Shown here in pieces: positions 1 to 10,069 of a stretch of 64,000 nucleotides of DNA. The position numbers and the translations under genes were made by a program. The DNA comes from a bacterium (GTDB taxonomy: Bacteria > SM23-31). Numbering within the stretch: position 1 is the stretch's first letter; each line of letters begins with the position of its first letter. The notes beneath the pieces are model-generated. The model worked only from the letters and a program-made list of their open reading frames with translations. It made no database searches and was not told the DNA's origin. The stretch spans positions 2,080,001 through 2,144,000 of the forward strand of contig OZ252239.1 of the NCBI GenBank assembly GCA_965249485.1, written 5' to 3'.

Positions 1-2
1 CT

Positions 3-800
3 GAATATGTGATGATGGATTACACCATAGGAAAGGTGCCGAGCGAAATTCAGCTGCTCAAGAAATTAAGCAAGGACAGAGTTGAGCTTGTTAAGAAAGC
101 TTTTAATGAATTTGTGCCGGGTGTCACTAAAACTCGTGGGTTGGGAGTAACGGTCTTCCGTCGTATGAGCACTGGACTGTCTCAAAGGGGAAGGAGTGCG
201 GGCTGGGAAAACAGTGTGGTCCAGGGTGGCGACATCCTCGCATCACCAGGCGTTGGAATGTACGCCTATGTGCTCCGTGAAGGAGAGACTAAACCGCCTC
301 CGGAAATCCAAAAACTCTGGGCAGAATATCTGAAAATCGATAAGGTCCTGGCTGAAACCATCAGGACTGGATTTACTTCCCGTGAGATAATTCCAATCTA
401 TAAAAGGAAATTCGAGGAGGCAGGGATTATTATCAGGGAGCTCCAATTGCATATGGCTATCCCAAGGAATAATTTTCCTGTTTATTCCGCAGGTTTTGAT
501 CCTGAAAAAACGCACCTTAGTGTTGACGCTCATGGCATGATGAAAGGAGCGCGAGAGAGGCCGAACGAGAATTATCTTGGCCCCAGGATTAGTTCTTATG
601 GTCCGAGTTGGACGAAAGATATACAACTCCCTCCCGTTTACCATTTTGTTTTAGAATATTTTTTCTATGTACCGTCGCCAACATCCAACAAAAATGAAGA
701 CCAATATCTACTCTGGTGGGATCACGAACAGGTGATTGCCACCGAAAATGGAGTTGAGTATTTAACTCCACCGCAAAAGGAGCTTATTCTCATAAAATAA
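3..800 (+). CDS. M24 family (Xaa-Pro aminopeptidase-like) protein, 5' end outside the window
   Basis: Frame open from base 3. Motifs PSEI, PGVT, YAYVLREGET, VDAHG, VLEYFF, TENGVEYL..P..ELILIK match the other M24 paralogs in the window. Confidence 0.85.
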   Translation, partial: EYVMMDYTIGKVPSEIQLLKKLSKDRVELVKKAFNEFVPGVTKTRGLGVTVFRRMSTGLSQRGRSAGWENSVVQGGDILASPGVGMYAYVLREGETKPPPEIQKLWAEYLKIDKVLAETIRTGFTSREIIPIYKRKFEEAGIIIRELQLHMAIPRNNFPVYSAGFDPEKTHLSVDAHGMMKGARERPNENYLGPRISSYGPSWTKDIQLPPVYHFVLEYFFYVPSPTSNKNEDQYLLWWDHEQVIATENGVEYLTPPQKELILIK

Positions 801-842
801 GTTCCACCAAACACAATCGTCGCTTAATGAAGGGGACATCTG

Positions 843-2270
843 ATGTTGACTCGTCACAGTTTTTGTGTGATCCTTACACTGTCTATGTTTTTGGGGCTGA
901 GCATTTCTGCAGAAGCTCAATCCATATTGACAATTCTTAATCAGCAGGAGCTGGAAAAGCTCAGCATAGAGGAACTGACGAATTATAATCGCCGGGAAAA
1001 GTTTGACCTCATTCTGCCCCAGGCCATGCGGGAGCATAACATAGACATGTGGATTCATGTGATGAGAGAGGGGGGTGCTTATTCCTTTGATGATGTCGCT
1101 TATGGTTTCTATAGAGAACTTGGCGGCACCTCCGGTGTATTTATATTTACGGACCGTGGTGGCGATCGAATCGAACGGGCTGTTCTCGGACGTCGATGGA
1201 GAGGTAGAAATTCGGATTCAATTAAGGAGAGTGGAGCCTACGACATAATCGGCGAAGCATTTTCCCGGAGAGAATTGCCGAATCCGGAAACCGAATATGA
1301 TTACCGTTTTGAAGGCATTGGGAAGTTTGTGGCGGAACGGGATCCAAGGCGCATTGCGGTCAATTACCTGGATGAGCTGGGGCCGACTGTAGCGGCAGAC
1401 GGAAACGACGGCATTTCGCATTCTGATTACAACCTGTTGGTCAAAACTTTAGGTGAAAAATATGCAAAAAGGCTGGTATCTTCCGAATATCTTGAGATCA
1501 GTTATATATCCAGGCCTGTGCCAAGCGAAATAGTCATGTTGAAGAGAATACGTGACTGGATCGCGGAGTCTCAAGAGAGGGCTTTTGCCAAAATCGTGCC
1601 GGGTGTAACCAAAGTGAGTGATCTTGAGGGGGAAATCAGCCTTATGCCAGGAAGGAATGGACTCGATGATGATTATGTACTCAAGAGAGGTGACTTCTTT
1701 ATCATAGACCAGGGCGCTGAGGCAGAGTATGACTTGCGACAAGTGGGTTCCCGCTGGAGATTTGGGAACTTCTTTGAACTTGTGGTGCAATATGGCTATG
1801 TTCTCCGTGAAGGAGAGACGGATGTGCCCCCGGAAATTGAAAAAATCTGGGAAGATGCGATGTTAATCCGTCAAATAACTGCAGATAATATCAAGATCGG
1901 TCGTACCGGTCGTGAAACATTTGAAATTATAACTCAGAAGCTCACGGAAGCCGGGATAAACGTGAATTCCATCCAAAGATTTCGCGAAGATCTGGATCCC
2001 GAAAAAACCCAGGTTTCAATCGACTTACACGCCTTGGGAAAAGGAAGGAATGCCCCCAGGATTGGTTCTATTGGTCCGGCTTGGGAACATGAGATTCCAC
2101 TCCCGCTCTATCACCATTTTATGATGGAATTTTTTATGTACAGGGCTTCGCCTTCAAAACTATACGGCGAGAATCAAATCAATTTATGGTTTCATGACGG
2201 TGCGATTGTAACAGAACGGGGAGTCGAGTTTTTATCTCCACCACCTACAGAGATTCGTCTCATTCGCTAA
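843..2270 (+). CDS. secreted M24 family peptidase-like protein
   Basis: 475 aa with signal peptide (AEA). Motifs REKFDLILPQAMREHNIDMWI, ERDPRRIAVN, DGISHSDY, IDLHALG, MMEFF, TERGVEFL. Confidence 0.85.
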   Translation: MLTRHSFCVILTLSMFLGLSISAEAQSILTILNQQELEKLSIEELTNYNRREKFDLILPQAMREHNIDMWIHVMREGGAYSFDDVAYGFYRELGGTSGVFIFTDRGGDRIERAVLGRRWRGRNSDSIKESGAYDIIGEAFSRRELPNPETEYDYRFEGIGKFVAERDPRRIAVNYLDELGPTVAADGNDGISHSDYNLLVKTLGEKYAKRLVSSEYLEISYISRPVPSEIVMLKRIRDWIAESQERAFAKIVPGVTKVSDLEGEISLMPGRNGLDDDYVLKRGDFFIIDQGAEAEYDLRQVGSRWRFGNFFELVVQYGYVLREGETDVPPEIEKIWEDAMLIRQITADNIKIGRTGRETFEIITQKLTEAGINVNSIQRFREDLDPEKTQVSIDLHALGKGRNAPRIGSIGPAWEHEIPLPLYHHFMMEFFMYRASPSKLYGENQINLWFHDGAIVTERGVEFLSPPPTEIRLIR

Positions 2271-2435
2271 TGTAAGACTCTGCAGAAGTTTACTTTTAGA
2301 ATAGTAATTCTATGTCTGCAAATTACTCGAATATATCCTCCGCTCAAAACATAATGTGAAAGCGCTTTTTTCCCCTGATTGAAAAGGAATATAATTTGAC
2401 GCATCTATTCCCACCACAAACTATATATTTCGGTT

Positions 2436-5162
2436 TTATTTGTCGTACCAGTAGTCTGGAATAATAAGTGCTTTGTCCGATAACCGGATACCATTAACCG
2501 TAAGGACCACAGTGTATTCCCCCGGTTGCACAGGCCCGGTCACAACATAATTGGGATCATTATACTGTTTAGGATCAGCGCTATCCGTAGAATCATACAA
2601 CGGAATTGTTTCTTCGCGTGATCCCCTATTGTTATTTTCCGCAATCCACCGCTCTTTTTCCGGTTCGGACCGCTCCCGCCCTGATATCATAGCCCATTCT
2701 GCGCTATGAAGTCCTGCGCCCTCAGTACCTGTCATATGGTATATCCGGCGACTCCCTTTGAATATTTCTATCAATACGTCTGTTTCAGCAACTTCTCTCA
2801 AATAATAATTAACGACAACGCCATGCTTTTCATTTTCTCCGTAGTAATTCTGACTTGCCTGAACAGTTACTCTCGGTATTATCCATTGTACTTTCGGTTC
2901 GATCCCGAAGAGGTATACGTCGCGAGCGAGGACATCCGTATTAAGTTCTTGAAGCGGCGAAATATCGGTAATAAAGAATCCTCTACCGTGAGTTCCTACC
3001 ACAAGATCGTTCTCACGAGGATGAATGACGAGGTCATGTACAGGTTGAGTCGGCATATTGTTTTTCATTTTTACCCAATTCTTGCCGCTGTCCATGGTAA
3101 CGTAAACAGCTTTATCTGTTCCTAAAAAAAGCAGATTAGGATTTTTACGGTCTTCCTTGATGACATTGACCGATTCTTCAGGTAGATTGCTTACTATCGA
3201 TTCCCAATTATTTCCAAAGTCGGTCGTTTTGTACACGAATGCCCGAAAATCGTCCCGGCGGCGGCCAGTGAAGGTTACGTATGCTGTTCCCACGTTATGA
3301 TTTGATGCAGTCACTCTGCTGACATAATATTCCGGATTGCCGGGAATCCGATCGTTTAATTGTGTCCAATTATTCCCACCGTCGGTCGTGAGTTGAACAT
3401 TTCCGTCGTCCGTACCGACCCATATTATCCCAATATTCACTGGAGATTCATCGATGGTTGTTATCGTACAATACATTGGACCGCCTGACACTCCTAACTT
3501 TTCAGGATCGTTCGTTGTCAGATCAGGACTTATTTTATACCAGTTTTCACCTCGGAAATCAGAGCGCATCAGGAAATTCGATCCATGGTAAATCACGTCG
3601 CTGTTATGTGGGGATATCACTATAGGTGTATTCCAATTAAGCCGAATTTCGTCTTCACCCTTTTTCACACTGTATGGGAGCCATTTCCTTTTTCCTGTTT
3701 TCAGGTCTACACGCTGAATCTCACCCCACTGAGATTCGTTATAAAGGTACCTGTTTGTTACAGGATCTATCTGATGATAAAAGCCGTCACCGCCCACGAC
3801 ATGTTCCCAGTCCTCCAATCGTATCGGTAATCGTCCCTTTTTTGTACTTGGCCCCTTCCAACCACCGTTGTCTTGTGTACCTCCATATACATTGTAGGGA
3901 TACGACATGTCGACTCCCACAGCATACAGGTATGCCAGAGGGAGATTGTCGGGATGATACCAGTTCGTTCCTCTGTCATAGGTAATGGAAAATCCGAAAT
4001 CATACCCAAGAAGCAAATGCCGGGAGTCATTAGGATCTATCCATAGAGCATGGTTATCACCGCCCCACGTCCATGCCCTTTCCCAGGATTTTCCACCGTC
4101 GAGAGATTCCTGGACAATAGTGCTCAACAGATACAAATGATTATCATCATTCGGATCTATCCGAATCTGACCGTAATAGGAGCCACCTTGAGGCGGAGCA
4201 TCATCCATACTGACCTGGCTCCATGATCCGCCACCGTCATCGGTGCGATAGATGGTGCATAAACTCGTGTTATCATACCGTCCACGTGATATTTTTCCTT
4301 CGAGAATGGCTGCATAGAGAATATTCGGATCACTCTGGTATAGATCGAGACCTATTCTGCCAAGTTTCCCTTCAGGGAGTCCATCTGTCAGCTTTTTCCA
4401 TGTGTTGCCTGCGTCGGTCGTTTTGAAGATGTCGCTGCCGGTACCACTCTGAATGTACTTCCATGGTAGACGCTGTTTATCCCATGTGGCAGCATAGAGT
4501 GTATTCGGATCTTCGACATCCATTACTACGTCAATCACGCCAATGTCCCTGCCGTCTTCTGTAACAGAAAGCGATTTTGTCCATGATCTCCCACCGTCAA
4601 TTGTCTTATACAGTCCCCGCTCAGGATTTTCGGAGAAAAAATGTCCGAGTGCGGCAACATAGATTATGTCAGGATTGTCCGGATGAATAATTATTCCTCC
4701 GGTATATTGGGATTCTGTAAGACCCATATGGTCCCATGATTTACCGCCGTTTACGGATTTGTACACACCGTTTCCCCAGTAGGATATTCCGGGATCGGTA
4801 TCGCTATTATTAGGTTCCCCGGTGCCGACCCAGATTATTTCCGGATCAGATGGTGCAACTGCAACAGAACCCAGTGCAATGACATTCTCATTGTCGAAAA
4901 CAGGCTTGAATGACTGTCCGTTATTCACCGTTTTCCACAATCCGCCGGTAGCCGTTGCAGCATAAAACACATACGGCTGCTGACGGGGAACTGCGAAATC
5001 GACTGTTCTACCGCCTTGCCTGGTCGGCCCGATCGAACGGTAGTGAAATGTTTTAATGATTTCTTTTGGGATTGGCTGACCATACATCGTATGAACAAAA
5101 AAAAGAGGAGCAAGTATTATTGTAAGAGACCAATAGGCAAAAACAGTATCTTTTTTCATCAC
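2436..5162 (-). CDS. secreted BNR/Asp-box (VPS10/sortilin-like) beta-propeller protein, glycosyl-hydrolase-like
   Basis: 908 aa. RSIGPTRQGGR N-terminus and many Asp-box repeats (YKSVNGGKSW, YKTIDGGRSW, YRTDDGGGSW, TTDGGNNW). Confidence 0.9.
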   Translation of the reverse strand: MMKKDTVFAYWSLTIILAPLFFVHTMYGQPIPKEIIKTFHYRSIGPTRQGGRTVDFAVPRQQPYVFYAATATGGLWKTVNNGQSFKPVFDNENVIALGSVAVAPSDPEIIWVGTGEPNNSDTDPGISYWGNGVYKSVNGGKSWDHMGLTESQYTGGIIIHPDNPDIIYVAALGHFFSENPERGLYKTIDGGRSWTKSLSVTEDGRDIGVIDVVMDVEDPNTLYAATWDKQRLPWKYIQSGTGSDIFKTTDAGNTWKKLTDGLPEGKLGRIGLDLYQSDPNILYAAILEGKISRGRYDNTSLCTIYRTDDGGGSWSQVSMDDAPPQGGSYYGQIRIDPNDDNHLYLLSTIVQESLDGGKSWERAWTWGGDNHALWIDPNDSRHLLLGYDFGFSITYDRGTNWYHPDNLPLAYLYAVGVDMSYPYNVYGGTQDNGGWKGPSTKKGRLPIRLEDWEHVVGGDGFYHQIDPVTNRYLYNESQWGEIQRVDLKTGKRKWLPYSVKKGEDEIRLNWNTPIVISPHNSDVIYHGSNFLMRSDFRGENWYKISPDLTTNDPEKLGVSGGPMYCTITTIDESPVNIGIIWVGTDDGNVQLTTDGGNNWTQLNDRIPGNPEYYVSRVTASNHNVGTAYVTFTGRRRDDFRAFVYKTTDFGNNWESIVSNLPEESVNVIKEDRKNPNLLFLGTDKAVYVTMDSGKNWVKMKNNMPTQPVHDLVIHPRENDLVVGTHGRGFFITDISPLQELNTDVLARDVYLFGIEPKVQWIIPRVTVQASQNYYGENEKHGVVVNYYLREVAETDVLIEIFKGSRRIYHMTGTEGAGLHSAEWAMISGRERSEPEKERWIAENNNRGSREETIPLYDSTDSADPKQYNDPNYVVTGPVQPGEYTVVLTVNGIRLSDKALIIPDYWYDK

Positions 5163-5524
5163 TACTCCTCGTTTATTTGATTATTGCTTTGTAGTAATGT
5201 AAAGTCATAATTAGAATATTACAAAGTTATTTTGATGAAGGTGAAAATTCATGATGTGCCATTTCGTTCTGGGAAGCATACAACACGATTATGGCCCATC
5301 TTGAAGTTAGATCGAGGGGATTTACGGTTTTTCCAGGCTAGGTTTAAAAGATTCAATAGAATATTAATAAAAAAGACGAAATGTGCATTGATGTGGTTTT
5401 GGTCACTTTTCATACAGATATAGTCCGTTATAGCTGTCAGAACGTCTTTTTATTATTTTAACGTATTTCTAATCCGTATATCGAATCAAAAAATGCAAAT
5501 ACTATTATTAAGATCACATTTATC

Positions 5525-5573
5525 TTGACTATTGGTTTATATTGTATTAATTTGATTTTTAGACAAGGCTAAA
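5525..5573 (+). promoter_or_regulatory. sigma70-like promoter and candidate DtxR/MntR operator
   Basis: TTGACT (5525-5530), 17 bp, TAATTT (5548-5553). Followed by the palindrome TTTAG-acaagg-CTAAA (5558-5573), which has the TTAG-N6-CTAA core of DtxR-family boxes, 20 bp before the regulator ATG. Confidence 0.6.
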
Positions 5574-5593
5574 TATCTAATTAGAGGATAAAA

Positions 5594-6274
5594 ATGCTCA
5601 GTCAAGCCGCAGAAGATTATATAAAGGCAATTTATAAGCTTCAGTCGAAAGGGACTGTTACAACCAACGAAATTGCACGAGCAATAGATGTGTCATCAGC
5701 ATCAGTCACCAATATGCTCAAGCGTCTTGCGGATATGAAATTACTGGATTATACTTCCTATAAAGGGGTAACACTTTCTAACGCAGGAGAAAAGATCGCC
5801 CTTGAAGTACTCAGGCATCATAGGCTCATTGAGTTATATTTAAGCGAGGTTATGGGTTATTCATGGGATGAAGTTCATGACGAGGCTGAGCGTCTCGAGC
5901 ACCATATTTCAGAAATGTTCGAAGATAAGATTTATAAAATGCTTGGGTATCCGGAATTTGATCCGCATGGTGATCCGATTCCGGGTAAAGACGGCAGTAT
6001 TGAGGACTTCAGATTTTCTCCGTTGTCCAAGATCGAGCCAGGAAACAAAGTAACAATCAAGAGAGTTTCCGATAAAAATCCCGAAATGCTCCGCTATTTG
6101 ACAGAGATCGGTTTGGTTTTAGAAATAACTATGGAAGTACTCGATAAAGCTCCGTTTGAGGGGCCTCTGACTGTGAAGATTGGTGACAAAGAACAAATGG
6201 TCTGGCGTGAAGTTGCGAAAAATGTTTATGTCGCACCAGTTAATCATGAAGCGGATAAGAAACCTAGCGAATAA
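5594..6274 (+). CDS. mntR: DtxR/MntR family metal-dependent transcriptional repressor with C-terminal FeoA-like domain
   Basis: EDYIKAIY, SVTNMLKRL, RHHRLIELYL, EAERLEHHIS, DPHGDPIP. RBS GAGGA. Confidence 0.93.
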   Translation: MLSQAAEDYIKAIYKLQSKGTVTTNEIARAIDVSSASVTNMLKRLADMKLLDYTSYKGVTLSNAGEKIALEVLRHHRLIELYLSEVMGYSWDEVHDEAERLEHHISEMFEDKIYKMLGYPEFDPHGDPIPGKDGSIEDFRFSPLSKIEPGNKVTIKRVSDKNPEMLRYLTEIGLVLEITMEVLDKAPFEGPLTVKIGDKEQMVWREVAKNVYVAPVNHEADKKPSE

Positions 6275-6317
6275 TTACTCTTGGTTTTTCCACAATGAAA
6301 TAGAACAATTACAGGTC

Positions 6318-6569
6318 GTGATCGTGTCTGAAGAAAATGAGACAGTGACGTTGGGATCTTTAAAGCCGGGTGAAAATGGAATCATTAAATCGCTTCGGTG
6401 TATAGGACTAATCCGCCGACGTTTTCTGGATATAGGTCTTATACCTGGTACGGAAGTAAAGGCAGTACTGGAAAGTTTCGGTGGTGATCCGGTTGCCTAT
6501 CGTATTAAAGATACGCATATCGCTATTCGTAAAAAGGATGCAGAAAGCATAATTATTGAAAGGGTGTAA
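6318..6569 (+). CDS. feoA: ferrous iron transport protein A
   Basis: LGSLKPGENGII..RRRFLDIGLIPGTEV..GGDPVAYRIKDTHIAIRKKDA. GTG start is my estimate. Confidence 0.9.
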   Translation: MIVSEENETVTLGSLKPGENGIIKSLRCIGLIRRRFLDIGLIPGTEVKAVLESFGGDPVAYRIKDTHIAIRKKDAESIIIERV

Positions 6570-6595
6570 CTATTGGGAAGCAGGAATAATTAAGT

Positions 6596-7405
6596 ATGAG
6601 TGAAATCGGATGTTCGACACAATCGTGCGCTTTACATGGAGTACTGCAGCGCCAGAATATTAACATGCAGTCATTTGATTACCTGGTTGCACTTGCGGGT
6701 AATCCTAATACGGGTAAGAGTACGGTTTTTAATGCTATCACTGGTCTGCGGCAGCATACTGGAAACTGGCCCGGCAAGACAGTGATACGTGCTGAAGGTA
6801 TGTTTGAGTACAACAAAAACCGATACAAACTTATCGATTTGCCAGGGACCTATTCACTGTTATCTATGTCACAGGAAGAGGAAGTTGCAAACGACTTTCT
6901 GCTGCTGAGCAGACCCGATGTAACGGTTGTTGTAGTAGATGCTACCCACCTTGAACGAAACTTGAACCTTGTTCTCCAAATTCTTGAGATTACTGACAAA
7001 GTGGTGATCTGCCTCAATCTAATCGATGAAGCATCAAGAAAATGTGTAATCATCGACGAAAACCAACTGCAGGCGGATCTGGGTGTTCCGGTAGTGCCGA
7101 CCTCAGCAATTTATAAAAAAGGGCTTGGAAAACTAATCGAATCGGTTGCAGGCGTAGCTGAAGAAACGATAACAACGACTCCTTACAGAATCAATAACAT
7201 CGACAATGTTGAAGGTGCACTCGATGAGCTGATTCCACACATTGAAACACTGTTTCCCGATATTATTAATCCCCGCTGGGTTGCACTCCGTTTGTTAGAA
7301 GGTGATGACGCGGTCATTAATAAGCTACAAACGAGCATTACCGATGAAAATATGCACAATGGAACTAAAACCAGACATTTACAGGAACAAGTTGCCGCTT
7401 CCTGA
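6596..7405 (+). CDS. feoB: FeoB N-terminal GTPase domain (split FeoB, part 1)
   Basis: GNPNTGKS, HTGNWPGKTV, DLPGTYSL, LERNLNL, NLIDE. Confidence 0.92.
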   Translation: MSEIGCSTQSCALHGVLQRQNINMQSFDYLVALAGNPNTGKSTVFNAITGLRQHTGNWPGKTVIRAEGMFEYNKNRYKLIDLPGTYSLLSMSQEEEVANDFLLLSRPDVTVVVVDATHLERNLNLVLQILEITDKVVICLNLIDEASRKCVIIDENQLQADLGVPVVPTSAIYKKGLGKLIESVAGVAEETITTTPYRINNIDNVEGALDELIPHIETLFPDIINPRWVALRLLEGDDAVINKLQTSITDENMHNGTKTRHLQEQVAAS

Positions 7406-7410
7406 TTAGT

Positions 7411-8823
7411 ATGAAATCAAAATCAGAACATACAATCGATCCCAGGATCGATAAACTTCTTGAAAAAGCCAAGTCGGTCAGAAGTAAAGTTGGCGACTCG
7501 GTGCATGATAGTGTAATGGATGCTGTTTACACTGACGCTGCTGCAATAGCAGGCAGGGCGGTGCAGATTAAAAATAAGAATATTCATGCCTTTGATTATG
7601 CGATTGATAGAATTTTGACTTCAAAAATCTGGTCGATTCCTATTATGGTGTTTTTGCTGGCTGTCGTGTTCTGGTTGACGATTCAGGGGGCGAATTATCC
7701 TTCTGCATTACTTGCAGACTTGATGTTTGCTTTTGAAGATTTGTTGGAATCTGCCTTCACTGCTATGGGAGCGCCCTGGTGGTTTACAGGATTTTTTGTC
7801 CACGGTGTTTACCGAGCACTTGCATGGGTTATATCGGTCATGTTACCACCAATGGCAATATTTTTTCCTTGTTTTACACTTCTGGAAGATATCGGTTATC
7901 TTCCCCGTGTTGCGTTTAATACTGATAAATTTTTCCAGAAAGTCGGTGCCTCCGGAAAACAGGCACTCACGATGAGTATGGGATTCGGCTGTAATGCTGC
8001 AGGTGTCATTGCTGCACGAATAATCGACTCGCCTCGTGAACGGCTCATCGCAATCATATCGAACAATTTTGTTCCCTGTAATGGCCGTTGGCCGACGCTC
8101 ATTATGCTTGCGACGATATTTATTGCAGCGACCTTCCCCGCTCAGTTCGGATCAATTGCAGCGGCATCGTCATTAGTTGCGGTAACACTCTTCGGAATAG
8201 CGGTAACACTGGTAGTATCTGCCATCTTGACAAAAACAGTGCTCAAAGGAGAAGCATCTAGCTATGTGCTTGAGCTTCCGCCATATCGAAGACCGCAGGT
8301 CTTACGGGTTCTCTATACTTCCCTCATTGACCGGACAATTTTTGTGTTGTGGAGAGCAATTCTTATGGCAGCACCGTGCGGAGGAGTTGCCTGGCTGCTC
8401 GGTAATATTACTATTGGTGACGCAAACATGATGAGCCATCTGGCAGGTTCGCTCAATCCGGTTGGTTATGCAATCGGACTCGATGGGGTAATTCTGCTTG
8501 CATATATCATAGCTATACCGGCAAACGAAATTGTCGTACCGACAATTCTCATGGCATACATGAATATGGATCGGATGATCGATGTTCAGAATATGGATCA
8601 GCTCAGAGATTTACTCGTTATTGATAACGGCTGGACAATCTTGACAGCAGTGTGCCTGATGCTTTTTTCACTTCTGCACAATCCCTGTTCAACAACAATC
8701 TTTACCATCTACAAAGAGACAAACAGTGTAAAATGGACAACGGTTGCTTCAATTATGCCGCTCGTCATCGCCTTTCTAGTCTGCTTTGTCGTTGCACAAT
8801 TGGGTAGATTGTTATTCTTCTAA
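7411..8823 (+). CDS. feoB: FeoB membrane/gate domain (split FeoB, part 2)
   Basis: LEDIGYLPRVAF, MGFGCNAAG, FVPCNGR, LELPPYR, HNPCSTT. Multiple TM helices. Confidence 0.92.
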   Translation: MKSKSEHTIDPRIDKLLEKAKSVRSKVGDSVHDSVMDAVYTDAAAIAGRAVQIKNKNIHAFDYAIDRILTSKIWSIPIMVFLLAVVFWLTIQGANYPSALLADLMFAFEDLLESAFTAMGAPWWFTGFFVHGVYRALAWVISVMLPPMAIFFPCFTLLEDIGYLPRVAFNTDKFFQKVGASGKQALTMSMGFGCNAAGVIAARIIDSPRERLIAIISNNFVPCNGRWPTLIMLATIFIAATFPAQFGSIAAASSLVAVTLFGIAVTLVVSAILTKTVLKGEASSYVLELPPYRRPQVLRVLYTSLIDRTIFVLWRAILMAAPCGGVAWLLGNITIGDANMMSHLAGSLNPVGYAIGLDGVILLAYIIAIPANEIVVPTILMAYMNMDRMIDVQNMDQLRDLLVIDNGWTILTAVCLMLFSLLHNPCSTTIFTIYKETNSVKWTTVASIMPLVIAFLVCFVVAQLGRLLFF

Positions 8824-8899
8824 AAGCCCAGTGCTGACCAAAAAAATCTTGTTTATATCCCGGAAAAATCCGATATTCTAAGAGTTTTTTAACATTTTT

Positions 8900-8973
8900 G
8901 GGGCAGTAGCTCAGTTTGGGAGAGCGCATCCCTCGCACGGATGAGGTCGTCGGTTCGATCCCGATCTGCTCCA
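8900..8973 (+). tRNA. tRNA-Ala (anticodon CGC)
   Basis: Acceptor stem GGGGCAG/CTGCTCC with the G3:U70 Ala identity pair. D arm GCTC..GAGC, anticodon arm CATCC-CTCGCAC-GGATG, T arm GTCGG-TTCGATC-CCGAT, discriminator A. CCA not encoded. Confidence 0.97.
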
Positions 8974-9312
8974 CTGCTGTATTTACACAATTGTTGGGTG
9001 TGTTTCACCAAAATCCTGCCAATATTCACTGGTCGTGCTTTCTTGACACAGCCCTGGCCAGTCTAAGGTTGGGGCATTCTATTTTCGGAAGGGCAGAAAG
9101 GTATTTTCCGACTTTCAGCCGGTTTTAGCATCGCGGACCTGTTTTTGTCGTCTTCCATGCGTGTTTTGATGTCGTCCATTACTTTTGTCTATTGCACAGA
9201 GCTGATAGGAATATTAATCAGCTGGGGGCAGTGGTACAGGTTCTTGAACATATCCTGATCGAACAAAAAAGTATCTCATCTTTCAATGGGGAGCTTTTTT
9301 GGTTCAGTCTTT

Positions 9313-9576
9313 TTAATTTTTCTCTTTAATATAGAGTACCGAATTTTGGACATTGACATCAAGACTCTCATTGTATATTCCTCTTTTCACATCTACAATT
9401 CTCACATCAAATGTCTCCGAAAAGCCTCGAAATGCTCTACTGTGCACATTTACAACATTCACATCAATTGTCTCCGGTTTTTCTGGTGTCGAGCCAACAA
9501 ATAAATAAAATATCATTGCCATTGCTATAATAGTCAGCATAATGTTTTGCCAGACTTGAAGAATATTTTCCTTCAT
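9313..9576 (-). CDS. small membrane-anchored hypothetical protein
   Basis: Strong RBS AAGGAGG before the ATG. One N-terminal TM helix and three DVxV/I motifs. Confidence 0.6.
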   Translation of the reverse strand: MKENILQVWQNIMLTIIAMAMIFYLFVGSTPEKPETIDVNVVNVHSRAFRGFSETFDVRIVDVKRGIYNESLDVNVQNSVLYIKEKN

Positions 9577-10069
9577 TTCAACCTCCTTTTTAGTGTCACA
9601 ATTCCTCCTGTGACCTCGTTAAACCTTTCTCAATATGTGCCGGGAACAGGCACGTAACAGTCAAGCAATCGCACACTACTTGCTGATACAGGATTCGGGC
9701 CTTGTGGACACTCTATCCTAAACTGAAATGGTGGTTTAAACGTTCCATAATGCCCATTCTCGAAATTCTCATATTATTAAATTTCAATAAAATTTTCTTA
9801 CAGAATAGTTATTTTATCCGGTTTGAACTTGTACCATGGCATAGCTTTTCCGGCTTATGAAGCTTATTCAAACCTTCTACCGGATATTTTGTCCAACAGC
9901 TCATATTCGACAGCGAAAGAGGCCATCCTCTTCTTAAAAAGAGTATATGACATGTACATTTATGTCCCTTTTTAATTAGGCACTCTTAGAAACCTAACAA
10001 TAATAAAGGATTTGCTGGAGATTTGAAAAATTGTAATATTGCAATAATAAACTTCTATAGAGCTTGACG

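Noticed and set aside
8765..9128. ORFs 8765-8974 (-) and 8916-9128 (+)
   Set aside because: They overlap the tRNA-Ala gene and are shadow ORFs.
9221..9235. GGGGCAGT match to the tRNA 5' end as an att site
   Set aside because: Only about 8 bp, and it matches the 5' rather than the 3' end; expected by chance.
9000..9290. Serine recombinase relic on the minus strand
   Set aside because: Only a vague resemblance across several frameshifts, with no catalytic motif.
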